48,201 nt of DNA from an uncultured delta proteobacterium (GCA_963755715.1 CAVWLW010000018.1:1-48201); one strand, 5' to 3'. Shown: positions 11,013 to 20,737, numbered from the stretch's first letter. Notes: generated by a model not told the origin, from the letters alone. Numbers and translations are program-made.

Positions 11013-12003
11013 TTAGCGGTAAACGCTGCCGATAAAGCCGCTTTGATCGAGTTGGCGCATGATACTGGTGTCGACGAAGTCTTCGGGCTTGTAGTTCTTC
11101 GTCTTGGGCAGTTGCGCGGACATTTCGTCCAAGTATCGGCTGAATTCCTTCCAAAGTCGGATAAGGCGCCTTTTCATACAGCGCCGAAAACACGCGGTAG
11201 GTTTCCTCGAGGATCTCGCGATCGCTGGACCTGAGCATTTTTCCTAACACTTTGATGGCAAACTCTCGATCCGTCTTCACCCGATGAATGCCCTCGATCA
11301 CTCCCTTGGCGAATTGCGAGAAAGTCTCGCGCTCCTTACGTAGCTGGCTTTCGCGCGCGACGATGACCGTCGTGGCGTATTTGAATTCTTGACCGAGATT
11401 GGCCAGCTCGGTGAAGCCGAATTTTTTTCTGCCGATGTAGGCCCGCGGCGGATCGAGCACCGCGGCATGGATGCGGCGTTTTTCCAACGCAGCGAGGCTT
11501 TCGATATAGCCGCCGGTGGCCAGGAATTTGACGTCGGACTCCAACCCCCACTTTTTTAACAACCGCTGCGTCAAAAGCGTCGGCGAACCGCCCAAGTTGC
11601 CGACGCCGATAAATCTCCCTTTGAGATCGCTGGGCTTTTTTATCTCCGGGACGGCGATCACGGAAAGCGTGAAGGAATTAAGCAGTCCCATCATGATGGT
11701 CGTGTCTGCGCCCTCGATGCGCGCTCTGACGGGAGCGGTTCCGGATAGGCTCGCCGCCAATGTGTCCCCCGCTAAAATAAGCTGCACCTGCCGGGACGCC
11801 GATTGCAGACCGAGAAGTTCGACGTTCAGCCCATGCTTGGCAAACAATCCGGCGTCGCGCGCCGCCCAGAGCGGCAGCTGCGCCGATCCCAGACTTAATG
11901 AAATGCGAAACGATTTTAGCTCTTGAGCATCCAGAGTAGGGAGAAACCCAAATGAGAGCGTCCAAAGGATTGCTAAACAAATTTGCGCCTTGTCCGTAGA
12001 CAC
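11013..12003 (-). CDS. ABC-type substrate-binding protein, NMT1/THI5-like; apparent +1 frameshift near 11130
   Basis: GLFAKHGLNV, DLKGRFIG; removing 1 nt restores the family C-terminus …KPEDFVDTSIMRQLDQSGFIGSVYR* (TAA at 11013). Confidence 0.82.
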
Positions 12004-12020
12004 ACCGGCTCCTTAAGCGA

Positions 12021-12964
12021 TTATTTTGTCGCTCCGAACTCCGCGAAGAATTTTTCCGCGCCGGTATGTAACGGAATGGCCAGACCGCGCAAGCCGGTTG
12101 CCGGGGATTCGCCGCGAAAACCGTCGTTCATTTTTTGCAATTCAGCCATGCGCGAGTAGACGATCTTCAACATTTGATAAACAACGCTCGGGCTCACGTC
12201 GTCGCGCGCTACCAGAGGTCCGGGCAAACCCACCGCTCGCGCGGATCGCGGATAGTCCGGATAGTAAGTCTTGATATCGACGTCGAGATAAAGCGGCGAG
12301 CGCTTTTGCAGCTCTTGAATCCTCGCCGAATCCAGCGGAATGATCTTCAGCGTTTGCCGTTTGACCATCTCGCTATAAGCGGGTACCGGCAGACGGGCGA
12401 TGCTGAAAACGGCGTCGATTTCTTTTTTTTCGAGCGCGCCGCGCGCCTTATCCGTGTCTCCTCTTACCGCCGTTACGTCTGAAGTAATGCCGTAGACATC
12501 GAGAATCTGCTTGCCCAGAAGCGCCGAACCGGTGCCGCCGCCGTAGACGATTTTTCGTCCTTTGAGATCGGCGATCGATTGAATGTTGGAGTCGGGATGC
12601 GCATAGATGAACATGAGACTAAAACCGAAGCTCGCCACGTGGCGGATTCGTCTTTGCGCCCGCCCGTTGAAACTCTCCCGTCCCGTCATAGGCTTCTTTG
12701 ACCGATTCCGCGGTGCTGGTGCCGAAGGAAGCGTGTCCGTCATTGACGGAAATCATATTGCTCGGACCGCCCTCCGACGGCAGCGTGACAAGCGTGAAAT
12801 CCGTCGCGTACTGGTTCACCAGATTGGCGAAGTAAAGCATATTCACGTATACACTGCTGTTGAGACCCGAGGTATGAATCGAATAGCGACTATCGGCGCC
12901 GTGATGCGGCCGCGACGTAAAGCGGCTGCAACAGGAGCGCGAACAGCAAAATTTTCTTAATCAT
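12021..12964 (-). CDS. TAXI-family TRAP solute-binding protein; two apparent +1 frameshifts (about 12900 and 12670)
   Basis: Three frames join into about 313 aa: signal peptide, SEGGPSNM, IQSIADLKGRKI, C-terminal IPLHTGAEKFF typical of TAXI. Confidence 0.78.
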
Positions 12965-13144
12965 GATCACCGCAGTTCATCGGGGATTTCAACTTTAATA
13001 GGGATACTACTAGAGCAAGTCAAGGTAATTTTGTGGCGTCCCGTTGACGGCTTCGCGGCGCTGATCTAGGTATAATTAAAAATCGTTCACGAGTCGAATC
13101 TTTCTCGTTCAACAGGGTCCAGCACTGAAGGGAGAACGCAAATA

Positions 13145-14254
13145 ATGTCATCCAACTTTTTACAATCGATGGCGGTTTTGGAGGGCGCGCGCGCCGCTTT
13201 GAGAGTGGGCGCGGTCAGCAAGGGGGAGCGCGTCGGTTTTATTTGCGATCTGCGCGTCGAGCCCGACGTCATTTACGCTTTCTTCACTGCTGCCGGTGAG
13301 ATCGGCGCCACTGCCTTCTTATGCATGGTCGACCGCGGCCGAGGTTACGGCCCGCCGGATGAGTTTGTCGAAACTATTAAAACCGCGAACGTGCTTTATT
13401 TTTCTTGGGAGATGGCGAACTCTTTAGTCATCAAAGCCCTGCGTCAAGAGCGCGGCATTCGCTGCGTCGGGTTTCCGCATTGCCGCACGGCTGCCCTGCT
13501 CTCGGATGACGCGGTGCGATTTCCCCTGGACGTGCTCTCTGCCTTATACCCAAAAACATGGGATGTGTTTCGCTGCGGCAAAGACGTCGACGTGCATATC
13601 ACCGATACCAAAGGAACAGACTTTCGCGTCACGCTCACCAAAGAAAATATCGAGGAGAAATTTGCCCAGGACCCGCGCTACTCCGGTCAGATCGTCGCCA
13701 ACAAACCGGGCTTCGTCAGCCATCTGCCGGTGGGACATGGGCCCAATGTTTTGAGCCCGTCCGAGCCGCACAATGCGACGAGCGAAGGAACCATTCGTCT
13801 CGACGCCTTGACGCTTGCGCCGGGTGTTTATCGCGGCTGGTCGGGCGATTCAGCGTATCAGGAGCCGGTGACGTGCCAAATGAAACAAGGCCGGATCGTC
13901 TCCATTGAAGGAGGCAAAGAAGCCGACATGTTTCGCCGGGTGATCGAAGACGATCTAGATAATGTTTGCCAACTCCGTGAAATCGGCGTCGGACACAATC
14001 CGAAAGTTCCGACCTTTCGCGGTGAGCGGGGATATCACGGAGCAAATCACGCCGGCGCTGTCCATTGGGGTTTTGGCGGCGGGCATCAGAAAAAACGCAT
14101 TCACGTCGATGCGATTATTTTTCAGACTACTGTTCGGGCTAATGGCACAGTGATCATCGAGCGCGGGCGCCTCAAGGCTTTAGATGATCCAGAAGTCCGC
14201 CAGTTGGCGAGCCAATACGGCGAGCCGGATCGCGTATTGTCGGAAGCACTATAA
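13145..14254 (+). CDS. M29/leucyl-aminopeptidase-fold protein, NicX (2,5-dihydroxypyridine dioxygenase)-like
   Basis: KGTDFRV, GTIRLD, GRIVSIEGGKEA, EIGVGHNP, GAVHWGFG, IHVD motifs; GGGAG RBS. Confidence 0.65.
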   Translation: MSSNFLQSMAVLEGARAALRVGAVSKGERVGFICDLRVEPDVIYAFFTAAGEIGATAFLCMVDRGRGYGPPDEFVETIKTANVLYFSWEMANSLVIKALRQERGIRCVGFPHCRTAALLSDDAVRFPLDVLSALYPKTWDVFRCGKDVDVHITDTKGTDFRVTLTKENIEEKFAQDPRYSGQIVANKPGFVSHLPVGHGPNVLSPSEPHNATSEGTIRLDALTLAPGVYRGWSGDSAYQEPVTCQMKQGRIVSIEGGKEADMFRRVIEDDLDNVCQLREIGVGHNPKVPTFRGERGYHGANHAGAVHWGFGGGHQKKRIHVDAIIFQTTVRANGTVIIERGRLKALDDPEVRQLASQYGEPDRVLSEAL

Positions 14255-14343
14255 CCGGCGCAGGACGACCGACAGATAGAGTTCTAGAATTTTGCAGTCT
14301 GAGTTCGACAACTTACTAGTGTAGCCCGTCTTCTTTTTTCCGC

Positions 14344-14715
14344 CTACCTTCGTCCCTGAGGGCGTCTATAGTAAAAGGACGGCTTGGTCTCGCCTGGCGC
14401 GCCGGCGGATTGTTTGAGCATCTTGGCAATCCTTTTCCCCATGACGTCGACGACATAATTGGATAACAAATGATCGCGCGCACTTTTGATCTTCTGGCGG
14501 ATCAGATTCTTAGACACGTTATCTCGGACCGCCAGTCGCAAGTCGTTCGTCAGCAGGGAAACCACTCCTTCCCGTCCGCGTGTCGACAATCGAAGAGAGA
14601 ACCGGCCTTCCTGAGTCGGGTCGAGGAAATTGTACTCGAGCCTTTTGTCGATGCTGCGAATGATTCTTCTTAATAAATCTGCGCTCTGTCTAACCGATTC
14701 TTGTTGCTCGGTCAT
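14344..14715 (-). CDS. Hypothetical basic protein (123 aa)
   Basis: GGAGG RBS, natural-looking ORF, no recognised motif. Confidence 0.6.
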   Translation of the reverse strand: MTEQQESVRQSADLLRRIIRSIDKRLEYNFLDPTQEGRFSLRLSTRGREGVVSLLTNDLRLAVRDNVSKNLIRQKIKSARDHLLSNYVVDVMGKRIAKMLKQSAGAPGETKPSFYYRRPQGRR

Positions 14716-14860
14716 AGAACCTCCATAGTTTGCGGCCCAATAATAAGCCGCCGAGGTTACCGGATGTCCTCAGGGCCTGAGAGAGCGTCACCGCGGGAAA
14801 TGCGGAAGTAAACCCATACTTCTCGAACACCGGCATCGAGCCGGCAGGTGAAGTGAAAGC

Positions 14861-14889
14861 AAAAAGGGGCAACCCGACCTGTTGCCCCT
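14861..14889 (-). terminator. Intrinsic terminator of the RRM gene
   Basis: AGGGGCAAC-loop-GTTGCCCCT followed by a T-run on the minus strand. Confidence 0.75.
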
Positions 14890-14915
14890 AGGTGATTAGC
14901 TAGCTAACGAAAAGA

Positions 14916-15218
14916 CTACCAGCGATTGCGCCCGCTGTCGCGGCCGCCGCCATCGCCGTTATCGCGCCGCGCCATCGGCTTGGCTTCGTTAACAGTCAGC
15001 GTGCGCCCATCGAGCTGGGTGCCGTTCAACGAATCGATCGCTTTTTGCGCTTCGCCGCCCGTTCCCATCTCGACGAAGCCAAAGCCCCGCGATTGTCCCG
15101 TGAACTTATCCGAGATCACCCTGGCCGATTCGACGGCGCCGTGCGCCGAAAAAATTTCCTGCAGTCGCCCGTCGGTTACCGAATAAGGCAGACCGCCAAC
15201 ATATAATTTACTACCCAT
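14916..15218 (-). CDS. RRM-domain RNA-binding protein (Rbp-like, Gly-rich tail)
   Basis: RNP2 LYVGGL, RNP1 RGFGFVEM, LTVNEAKP, Gly/Arg tail; AGGAGG RBS. Confidence 0.95.
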   Translation of the reverse strand: MGSKLYVGGLPYSVTDGRLQEIFSAHGAVESARVISDKFTGQSRGFGFVEMGTGGEAQKAIDSLNGTQLDGRTLTVNEAKPMARRDNGDGGGRDSGRNRW

Positions 15219-15415
15219 GTTCTCCTCCTATGAGAGAATTGATGTCTGTGACCCTGAGAAGTAGACTGCCAGTCGGCAGAACATGGGCTAGTCAAATTAC
15301 TGAAACCACGCTCTGGTCGGTTTGTCCGTTAGGTATCGTTCGCAAGGAGAGAGACGGATTAGAGGCCTTCAACGTTTGTGTCATCCTCTTTCAGAAGGCC
15401 CATTACTGAACTAGG
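15219..15415 (-). promoter_or_regulatory. Long structured 5' leader of the RRM gene
   Basis: About 195 nt between promoter and ATG; repeated TTCAGTAAT; stems GGCCTTC/GAAGGCC and TCCGT/ACGGA; long-range CTAGTTCA/TGACTAG pairing. Confidence 0.5.
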
Positions 15416-15421
15416 AACTCC

Positions 15422-15450
15422 ACTCTACGTGTTAACGGTGAGAGTGTCAA
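15422..15450 (-). promoter_or_regulatory. sigma70 promoter of the RRM gene
   Basis: TTGACA-17 nt-TAGAGT on the minus strand. Confidence 0.7.
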
Positions 15451-15562
15451 TCACCCGAAAATTATTAAGGTCGCGATAGTTGTGCTCCATGGCGTCTCTG
15501 ATTGGCTGGCTTCCCCGATAGAGGGACTCGGCGCTCAGCTGTTTCGCCCAGCGTTTCGGGCG

Positions 15563-16273
15563 CTAACTCGACTTACGAAATTTCTTGGCGCGACGGACGA
15601 AATACTCCCACATGGATTCGAGTCGGTGCGGCGTATAGATTTGTTCGTATTTAACGGCGGCTTCTTCGTCGCTCGTCCATGATGGATCGCCCGAAGCGGT
15701 CGCCATCAGTTGAATGCGCGCGGCTTTTTCCAGGAATATCGCGTAGAGCGTGGCGACTTCGATCGTCTCGCCGACCACCGTCGAGCCGTGGTTTTTCATC
15801 AGCACGCCGCGACATTTGCCCAGGCTCTTGGCGACTTCGACGCCCAATTCGGGAGTTCGAATCAGCGCGGTGGTATAGTCGAACGTCGGCAAGCCATCGT
15901 AGAAAATATTGCCTTCGTGACTGATCGGTCGCAGCCGTTGGCCGAGCGCGCCGAAGGCGGTGGCGTAGGGCGGATGCGAGTGGACCACGCAATTCACATC
16001 CGGCCGCGCCTTCATGATTTCCGTGTGAATGAAAACTTCGGAGTGGCGCTCGTACTTGCCCTCGAGTTTTTTGCCCGTGCCGATGTCGACAACGATGATA
16101 TGCTGCGGGCGGATCTCTTCGAAGCCGAAGCTGTGCGGCTTCATGAGAATCTTATTCTGCCCCGGAATGCGCACCGAAACGTGGCCTAAGATGTTATCCC
16201 AGTGTCCTTCATGCGCGAGAATGTTGCAGGAGTAGGCGACCTTTTCTTTCATCTCTTTGATGTTCACGGCCAT
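15563..16273 (-). CDS. Class II aldolase/adducin family protein
   Basis: GHVSVR, SEVFIHTEI, VVHSHP, MKNHG Zn-binding motifs; AGGAG RBS before ATG 16273. Confidence 0.9.
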   Translation of the reverse strand: MAVNIKEMKEKVAYSCNILAHEGHWDNILGHVSVRIPGQNKILMKPHSFGFEEIRPQHIIVVDIGTGKKLEGKYERHSEVFIHTEIMKARPDVNCVVHSHPPYATAFGALGQRLRPISHEGNIFYDGLPTFDYTTALIRTPELGVEVAKSLGKCRGVLMKNHGSTVVGETIEVATLYAIFLEKAARIQLMATASGDPSWTSDEEAAVKYEQIYTPHRLESMWEYFVRRAKKFRKSS

Positions 16274-16293
16274 GATTGCTCCTTGAATTGGTC

Positions 16294-16343
16294 GAGAATG
16301 GAAGATTGAGGATCGAGATCGCGATCTTCTATTCTCGATCCTC
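16294..16343. repeat. Inverted heptamer-array hairpin (GARRATN / NATYYTC)
   Basis: GAGAATG GAAGATT GAGGATC GAGATC-GC-GATCTTC TATTCTC GATCCTC. Confidence 0.75.
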
Positions 16344-17883
16344 AGTTTTTGCTTCGTAAACGAAATCTTTGAATCTTGCCTGTGACGGTCTTGGGCAGGT
16401 CGTCGACGAACTCGACCCAACGGGGATATTTATAAGGTGCCAACTTGCTCTTCACATGATTTTGCAGTTCGAGTCTGAGTTCGTCGCTGGGCTTGAATTC
16501 GCTCTTGAGCAAAACGAACGCTTTGGGTTTCAGCAGGCCGTCGGCGTCGGTGTCGCCGATCACGCCGGACTCGAGCACCGCCGGATGTTCCATCAGGGTA
16601 TTTTCGATTTCAATCGGCGAGACCCAGAGGCCGCCGACCTTCATCATGTCGTCGGAGCGGCCGCAGTACCAGTAGTAACCCTCACCGTCGCAATAATAAG
16701 TGTCGCCGGTCTTGAGCCACTCGCCTTGCATCATGCGTTTGGTTTGCTCGTGCTTGTTCCAATAATAGGGCGCGTTGGCATCACCTTTGACCATGAGATT
16801 GCCGACTTCGCCGATCGGCATCTCCCGCCCATTGTCATCGACGATCTTGGCCTCGAATGCCGGCGTTACTTCGCCGCTGCTGCCGGCTTTGGCGCGGCCC
16901 GGGCGATTGGCCAGAAAGTCGTGGGTCGCTTCCGTGGAGCCGACCACGTCTAACAATTCCAGCCCGGTGCGATCCTTCCATTGATGAAACAGCACCGGCG
17001 GCAAGGGTTCGCCGGATGATAGACAGATCCTCAGCGAGCTCAAGTCGTATTTCTTTTCGATGCGCAGGAAACGCGCGAAGAGAGTCGGTACGGAGAAAAA
17101 GAAAGTCGGTTTGTACTTGTCGATGACCTGAAGAATTTTCTCCGGATCGGGTTTCTCCGGCCAGAGCACCGTGGATGCGCCGAAGCGAAAAGGAAAATAG
17201 AGGGAATTTCCCAGTCCATAGGAGAAAAACATCTTCGATGCCGAGAAGCACAGATCGTTTTCGTTCATCTTCAGCACCGGCTTGACGAACAGGTCGCTGA
17301 TCGTGATCATGTCGTGCTGCAGATGAACCGCGCCTTTCGGATTGCCCGTGCTGCCCGAGGTATAACCCCAGAAACAGACGTCGTCTCGAGTGGTCTTGGC
17401 GGCTTCGAGCTTGTCCGACGCTTTGGCAGTCAAACTCTCGAAAGAAAGCGCTTTGCCTTTCGGTTTGCCGACGACGACGACGTGCTTCAGAAACGGCGTG
17501 CGGTCCCAGATCTTTTCGACCTCGGGCAGAGTAGATTCGTGCACGACAATCGCTCGCGCCCGGCTGTCGTTGATCAGATACTCATAATCTTTGGCGAACA
17601 TCCAAGGATTGGTCGGGATCGCGACCGCGCCGATTTTAATGGCGCCGAAAAAGCTATAGGCGAATTCCGGCGAGTCCGGCAGGATGACCAGCACGCGGTT
17701 TTCGATCTCTATGCCGAGATCTTTGAATGCGTTGCCGGTGCGGTTAACTTTTTCGAAGACTTCTTGGTAGGTGATGGTTTGATCTTGGTAGTAGATGGCG
17801 ATTTTGCCGCCGCGACCTTGCGCGATATTTTCGTCGACGAAGGTCGTGGCGGCGTTGTAGATATCAGGAAGGTCGAGATTCAT
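16342..17883 (-). CDS. Benzoate-CoA ligase family (aromatic acid-CoA ligase)
   Basis: YTSGSTGNPKGAVHLQHD, KMFFSYGLGN, GSTEATH, GRSDDMMKVGGLWVSPIEIE, LPKTVTGKIQRF. Confidence 0.9.
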   Translation of the reverse strand: MNLDLPDIYNAATTFVDENIAQGRGGKIAIYYQDQTITYQEVFEKVNRTGNAFKDLGIEIENRVLVILPDSPEFAYSFFGAIKIGAVAIPTNPWMFAKDYEYLINDSRARAIVVHESTLPEVEKIWDRTPFLKHVVVVGKPKGKALSFESLTAKASDKLEAAKTTRDDVCFWGYTSGSTGNPKGAVHLQHDMITISDLFVKPVLKMNENDLCFSASKMFFSYGLGNSLYFPFRFGASTVLWPEKPDPEKILQVIDKYKPTFFFSVPTLFARFLRIEKKYDLSSLRICLSSGEPLPPVLFHQWKDRTGLELLDVVGSTEATHDFLANRPGRAKAGSSGEVTPAFEAKIVDDNGREMPIGEVGNLMVKGDANAPYYWNKHEQTKRMMQGEWLKTGDTYYCDGEGYYWYCGRSDDMMKVGGLWVSPIEIENTLMEHPAVLESGVIGDTDADGLLKPKAFVLLKSEFKPSDELRLELQNHVKSKLAPYKYPRWVEFVDDLPKTVTGKIQRFRLRSKN

Positions 17884-17900
17884 AGAATCGCGGACCGGTC

Positions 17901-17958
17901 GAGGATTGAGAATAGAAGATCGAGAATGGCGATCCTCGATCCTCGATCTTTCATCTTC
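17901..17958. repeat. Inverted heptamer-array hairpin (4+4 units)
   Basis: GAGGATT GAGAATA GAAGATC GAGAATG-GC-GATCCTC GATCCTC GATCTTT CATCTTC. Confidence 0.8.
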
Positions 17959-17960
17959 GG

Positions 17961-19433
17961 TTATTCTCCTCCAACGATCTCGGAGTGAGTCTCCGTAGCG
18001 ATGACGACCGATTTCGAATCGGTGTAGTGCTCGATCGCTTCGTCGCCATGTTCTTTGCCAAGACCGCTCTGCTTGACGCCGCCGAAAGGCAGCTCGTCGT
18101 AGATAATCTGCGCCGAGTTAACCCAGGTATAGCCGGCTTCGATATTTTCGGCGCCATACATGGCGCGGTTGATATCGCGCGTCCAGATCGAGGAGCCGAG
18201 GCCGAAGATCGAGCCGTTCGCCTGCTCGATGGCTTGGTCCAAATTCTTCACGCGCACGATCGGCAGCGCCGGACCGAAGACCTCTTCCTGGATCATGCGC
18301 GACGCGGGGTCGACGTCCGCGACTAAGGTCGGCTGCAGATAGAAGCCTTTGTCGTAATCGTCGCCTTTCGGCCGCTGGCCACCGAAGATAACTTTGCCGC
18401 CGCGCTTCACGGCGTCTTCGACCTGGTCTTCGACTTCTTGTCGCTGTTCCTTGGTGTGGAGCGGGCCCATCAGCACGCCGGCCTTAAGCCCGTTGCCGAT
18501 GCTGATCTTTTTCGCCTTGTCGACCAACTTTTCCATGAACGCGTCAGCGATGCTTTCGAAAAGATATAGACGTTTGACGGCCAAGCAAGCCTGTCCGCAA
18601 TTAAAGAAACGACCGACGGAGGCCGCGCTGACCGCGCGGTCGATATCGGCGTCATCGCAGACGATCATCGGATCGCTGCCACCGAGTTCCAACGTCACGT
18701 GCTTGAAATCCTTGGCGGCCGATTGCATAACCCGCCGGCCAGTGTCCGTCGCGCCCGTGAAGCCGATTTTTCTGACCGTGGGATTCACTAGCAACTCTTC
18801 GCCGACCACGCTGCCGGGGCCGGTAACGACGTTCAAAACACCTTTGGGACCGCCGGCGTCTTGGATCGCTTTGTCGATAATCTCGCAGGTGCGCAGATCG
18901 GTGAGCGGTGTCGTACCGGCCGGTTTGACGACCACCGTGTTACCCGCAAGCAATGCGGGACCGAGCTTGTTGCCCATTAAAGACACGGGAAAATTCCACG
19001 GCACGATGGAGCCACAAACTCCTAGTGGCTTGCGTAGGACGATGCCATGGCGGCCGGTGTCGAGCATCACCGCGCTGGTGCGCATGGTTTTCGCCATGCC
19101 CCCGTAGTGATCGAGGGTGTGCACAAAGCGGCGAATTTCCAAAATCGATTCCCGCATCGGCTTGCCCTGTTCCTTGGTCAGCAGGGTGGCAAGTTCTTTT
19201 TCTTGTTGAAGAATTGTGTGGCCAGCCGCGAGCAAAACTGCGCCGCGTTTGGACGGTGCCATGGCAGACCATTTCTTAAGCGCGCCCTTAGCGGCATCGA
19301 TGGCGCGGCGAATATCCGTGATCGTTCCCTTGGGTACGTTGTCGACAACTTCTCCGGTGGCTGGGTTGCGGACTTCGGTAGTTTGTCCGCTCTCGGAATC
19401 CGCCGGTTCACCGGCGATTAACATCTTGGCCAT
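17961..19433 (-). CDS. NAD(P)-dependent aldehyde dehydrogenase
   Basis: PWNFP, FTGATDTG, LELGGSDP, catalytic GQAC, EEVFGP, PFGGVKQSG. Confidence 0.95.
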   Translation of the reverse strand: MAKMLIAGEPADSESGQTTEVRNPATGEVVDNVPKGTITDIRRAIDAAKGALKKWSAMAPSKRGAVLLAAGHTILQQEKELATLLTKEQGKPMRESILEIRRFVHTLDHYGGMAKTMRTSAVMLDTGRHGIVLRKPLGVCGSIVPWNFPVSLMGNKLGPALLAGNTVVVKPAGTTPLTDLRTCEIIDKAIQDAGGPKGVLNVVTGPGSVVGEELLVNPTVRKIGFTGATDTGRRVMQSAAKDFKHVTLELGGSDPMIVCDDADIDRAVSAASVGRFFNCGQACLAVKRLYLFESIADAFMEKLVDKAKKISIGNGLKAGVLMGPLHTKEQRQEVEDQVEDAVKRGGKVIFGGQRPKGDDYDKGFYLQPTLVADVDPASRMIQEEVFGPALPIVRVKNLDQAIEQANGSIFGLGSSIWTRDINRAMYGAENIEAGYTWVNSAQIIYDELPFGGVKQSGLGKEHGDEAIEHYTDSKSVVIATETHSEIVGGE

Positions 19434-19588
19434 AAGGGTCCTCCTAAACTCTTGTTGGAAACTAGAGAAAAATCATGTTCATAGGTGGAAGTCAACAATT
19501 CCTGCCGCGGAACGGTTGCCGCATCGATGCTTTGTAGCTAGTGATCGGCTCCCCACTGTGCTATTTGAGCGGCAATAAGGAGGCACCC

Positions 19589-20737
19589 ATGGCGCGCAAC
19601 GGTTACAAAATCTTCGATGCCGACACCCATGTTCGGCCCGACGCCGATCTCCTGGAACCGTACATGTCAGCATCGACGCGCGACAAATTGGCGCATTACG
19701 AAAAATACAAAACCCGCAACAAAGAAGGCGCCGTCACCTATTTAATGGGAGAGCGCAAGTACAAGCGTCGCTTGGGGCTCGCCAGCGAAGCAGCTCCCCA
19801 AAGCAAGGAATACATGAGCGGCTACAAGCGCCATCAGCACGGCAACCCCAATCCGCTTTGCGAACGCGATCCGGCAGTGCGCATCGCGGACATGGATCTG
19901 GAAGGAGTCGACGTCAATCTAATGCTGCCGTCGGGTTGGTTCGGCTGCTGGACGACGATTGATGACGTTGGTTTGGAAACTAGCGTATACGAAGCTTACC
20001 ACCGTTGGATGGCGGAATACTGTGCGGCTTTCCCGGATCGTTTAAAGGGCGTGATCGTGGTCGCCGCCCGCGACGTTAAAAGTTCTCTCGTCGAACTCCA
20101 GCGCGCAGCCAAGGAATCCTGGCCGTTGGCGGTTTTCGTCTACGCGCCGTATCAATTTCCGCTGGATCACCCCGACCTTGAACCGATCTGGAAGACGGCT
20201 GCCGACAATGATTTGTCCATCGCCCTCCATACCTTCACCGTGATGCCGCCCTACGCGCCCGGCGGGCTCGACTCGTGGGACAATCTCTGGCTGCAAAGAT
20301 CGGCGGCCCACCCGTGGTGCGGCCAGCGCAACATGGCGTCAATCATCGGTGCCGGCATCATGGATCGTTACCCGAACATTCGCGTCGGCACATTGGAGGC
20401 GGGTCACGGCTGGTTGCCCGCGTGGGTCAATCGGCTCGAAGAGCACACAAAACTCTGCCCGGAGGCGCTGCCGCTGCTCAAACAAACCATCCGCGAGTAC
20501 GTGACCGGCGGGCGCTATTTCCAGAGCATCGAGGTTTCCGAAGGCGCCGCAATCACCCAGAGCGTGATCGATCTACTCGGCTCGGACATACTCATGTTTG
20601 GTTCGGACTATCCTCATGGCGAGAGTTGGTTCCCTGTCTCTGTCGAAACGGTTCTCAATTGGCAGTTAAAGCAAGATGACCTGCGTAAGCTCCTGTGGGA
20701 CAACGCGGCGCGCTATTATCGGCGGTACGCTGCATGA
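19589..20737 (+). CDS. Amidohydrolase family 2 protein
   Basis: DADTHV, DMDLEGVD, ALHTF, LEAGHGWLP, FGSDYPHGES; AAGGAGG RBS. Confidence 0.9.
   Translation: MARNGYKIFDADTHVRPDADLLEPYMSASTRDKLAHYEKYKTRNKEGAVTYLMGERKYKRRLGLASEAAPQSKEYMSGYKRHQHGNPNPLCERDPAVRIADMDLEGVDVNLMLPSGWFGCWTTIDDVGLETSVYEAYHRWMAEYCAAFPDRLKGVIVVAARDVKSSLVELQRAAKESWPLAVFVYAPYQFPLDHPDLEPIWKTAADNDLSIALHTFTVMPPYAPGGLDSWDNLWLQRSAAHPWCGQRNMASIIGAGIMDRYPNIRVGTLEAGHGWLPAWVNRLEEHTKLCPEALPLLKQTIREYVTGGRYFQSIEVSEGAAITQSVIDLLGSDILMFGSDYPHGESWFPVSVETVLNWQLKQDDLRKLLWDNAARYYRRYAA

Noticed and set aside
13044-13076. TTGACG…TATAAT promoter-like pair
   Set aside because: The 21-nt spacer is too long to call as one sigma70 promoter, although the -10 box may be real
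16294-17958. Heptamer arrays as a CRISPR array
   Set aside because: Units are 7 nt with no spacers, and no cas genes are present
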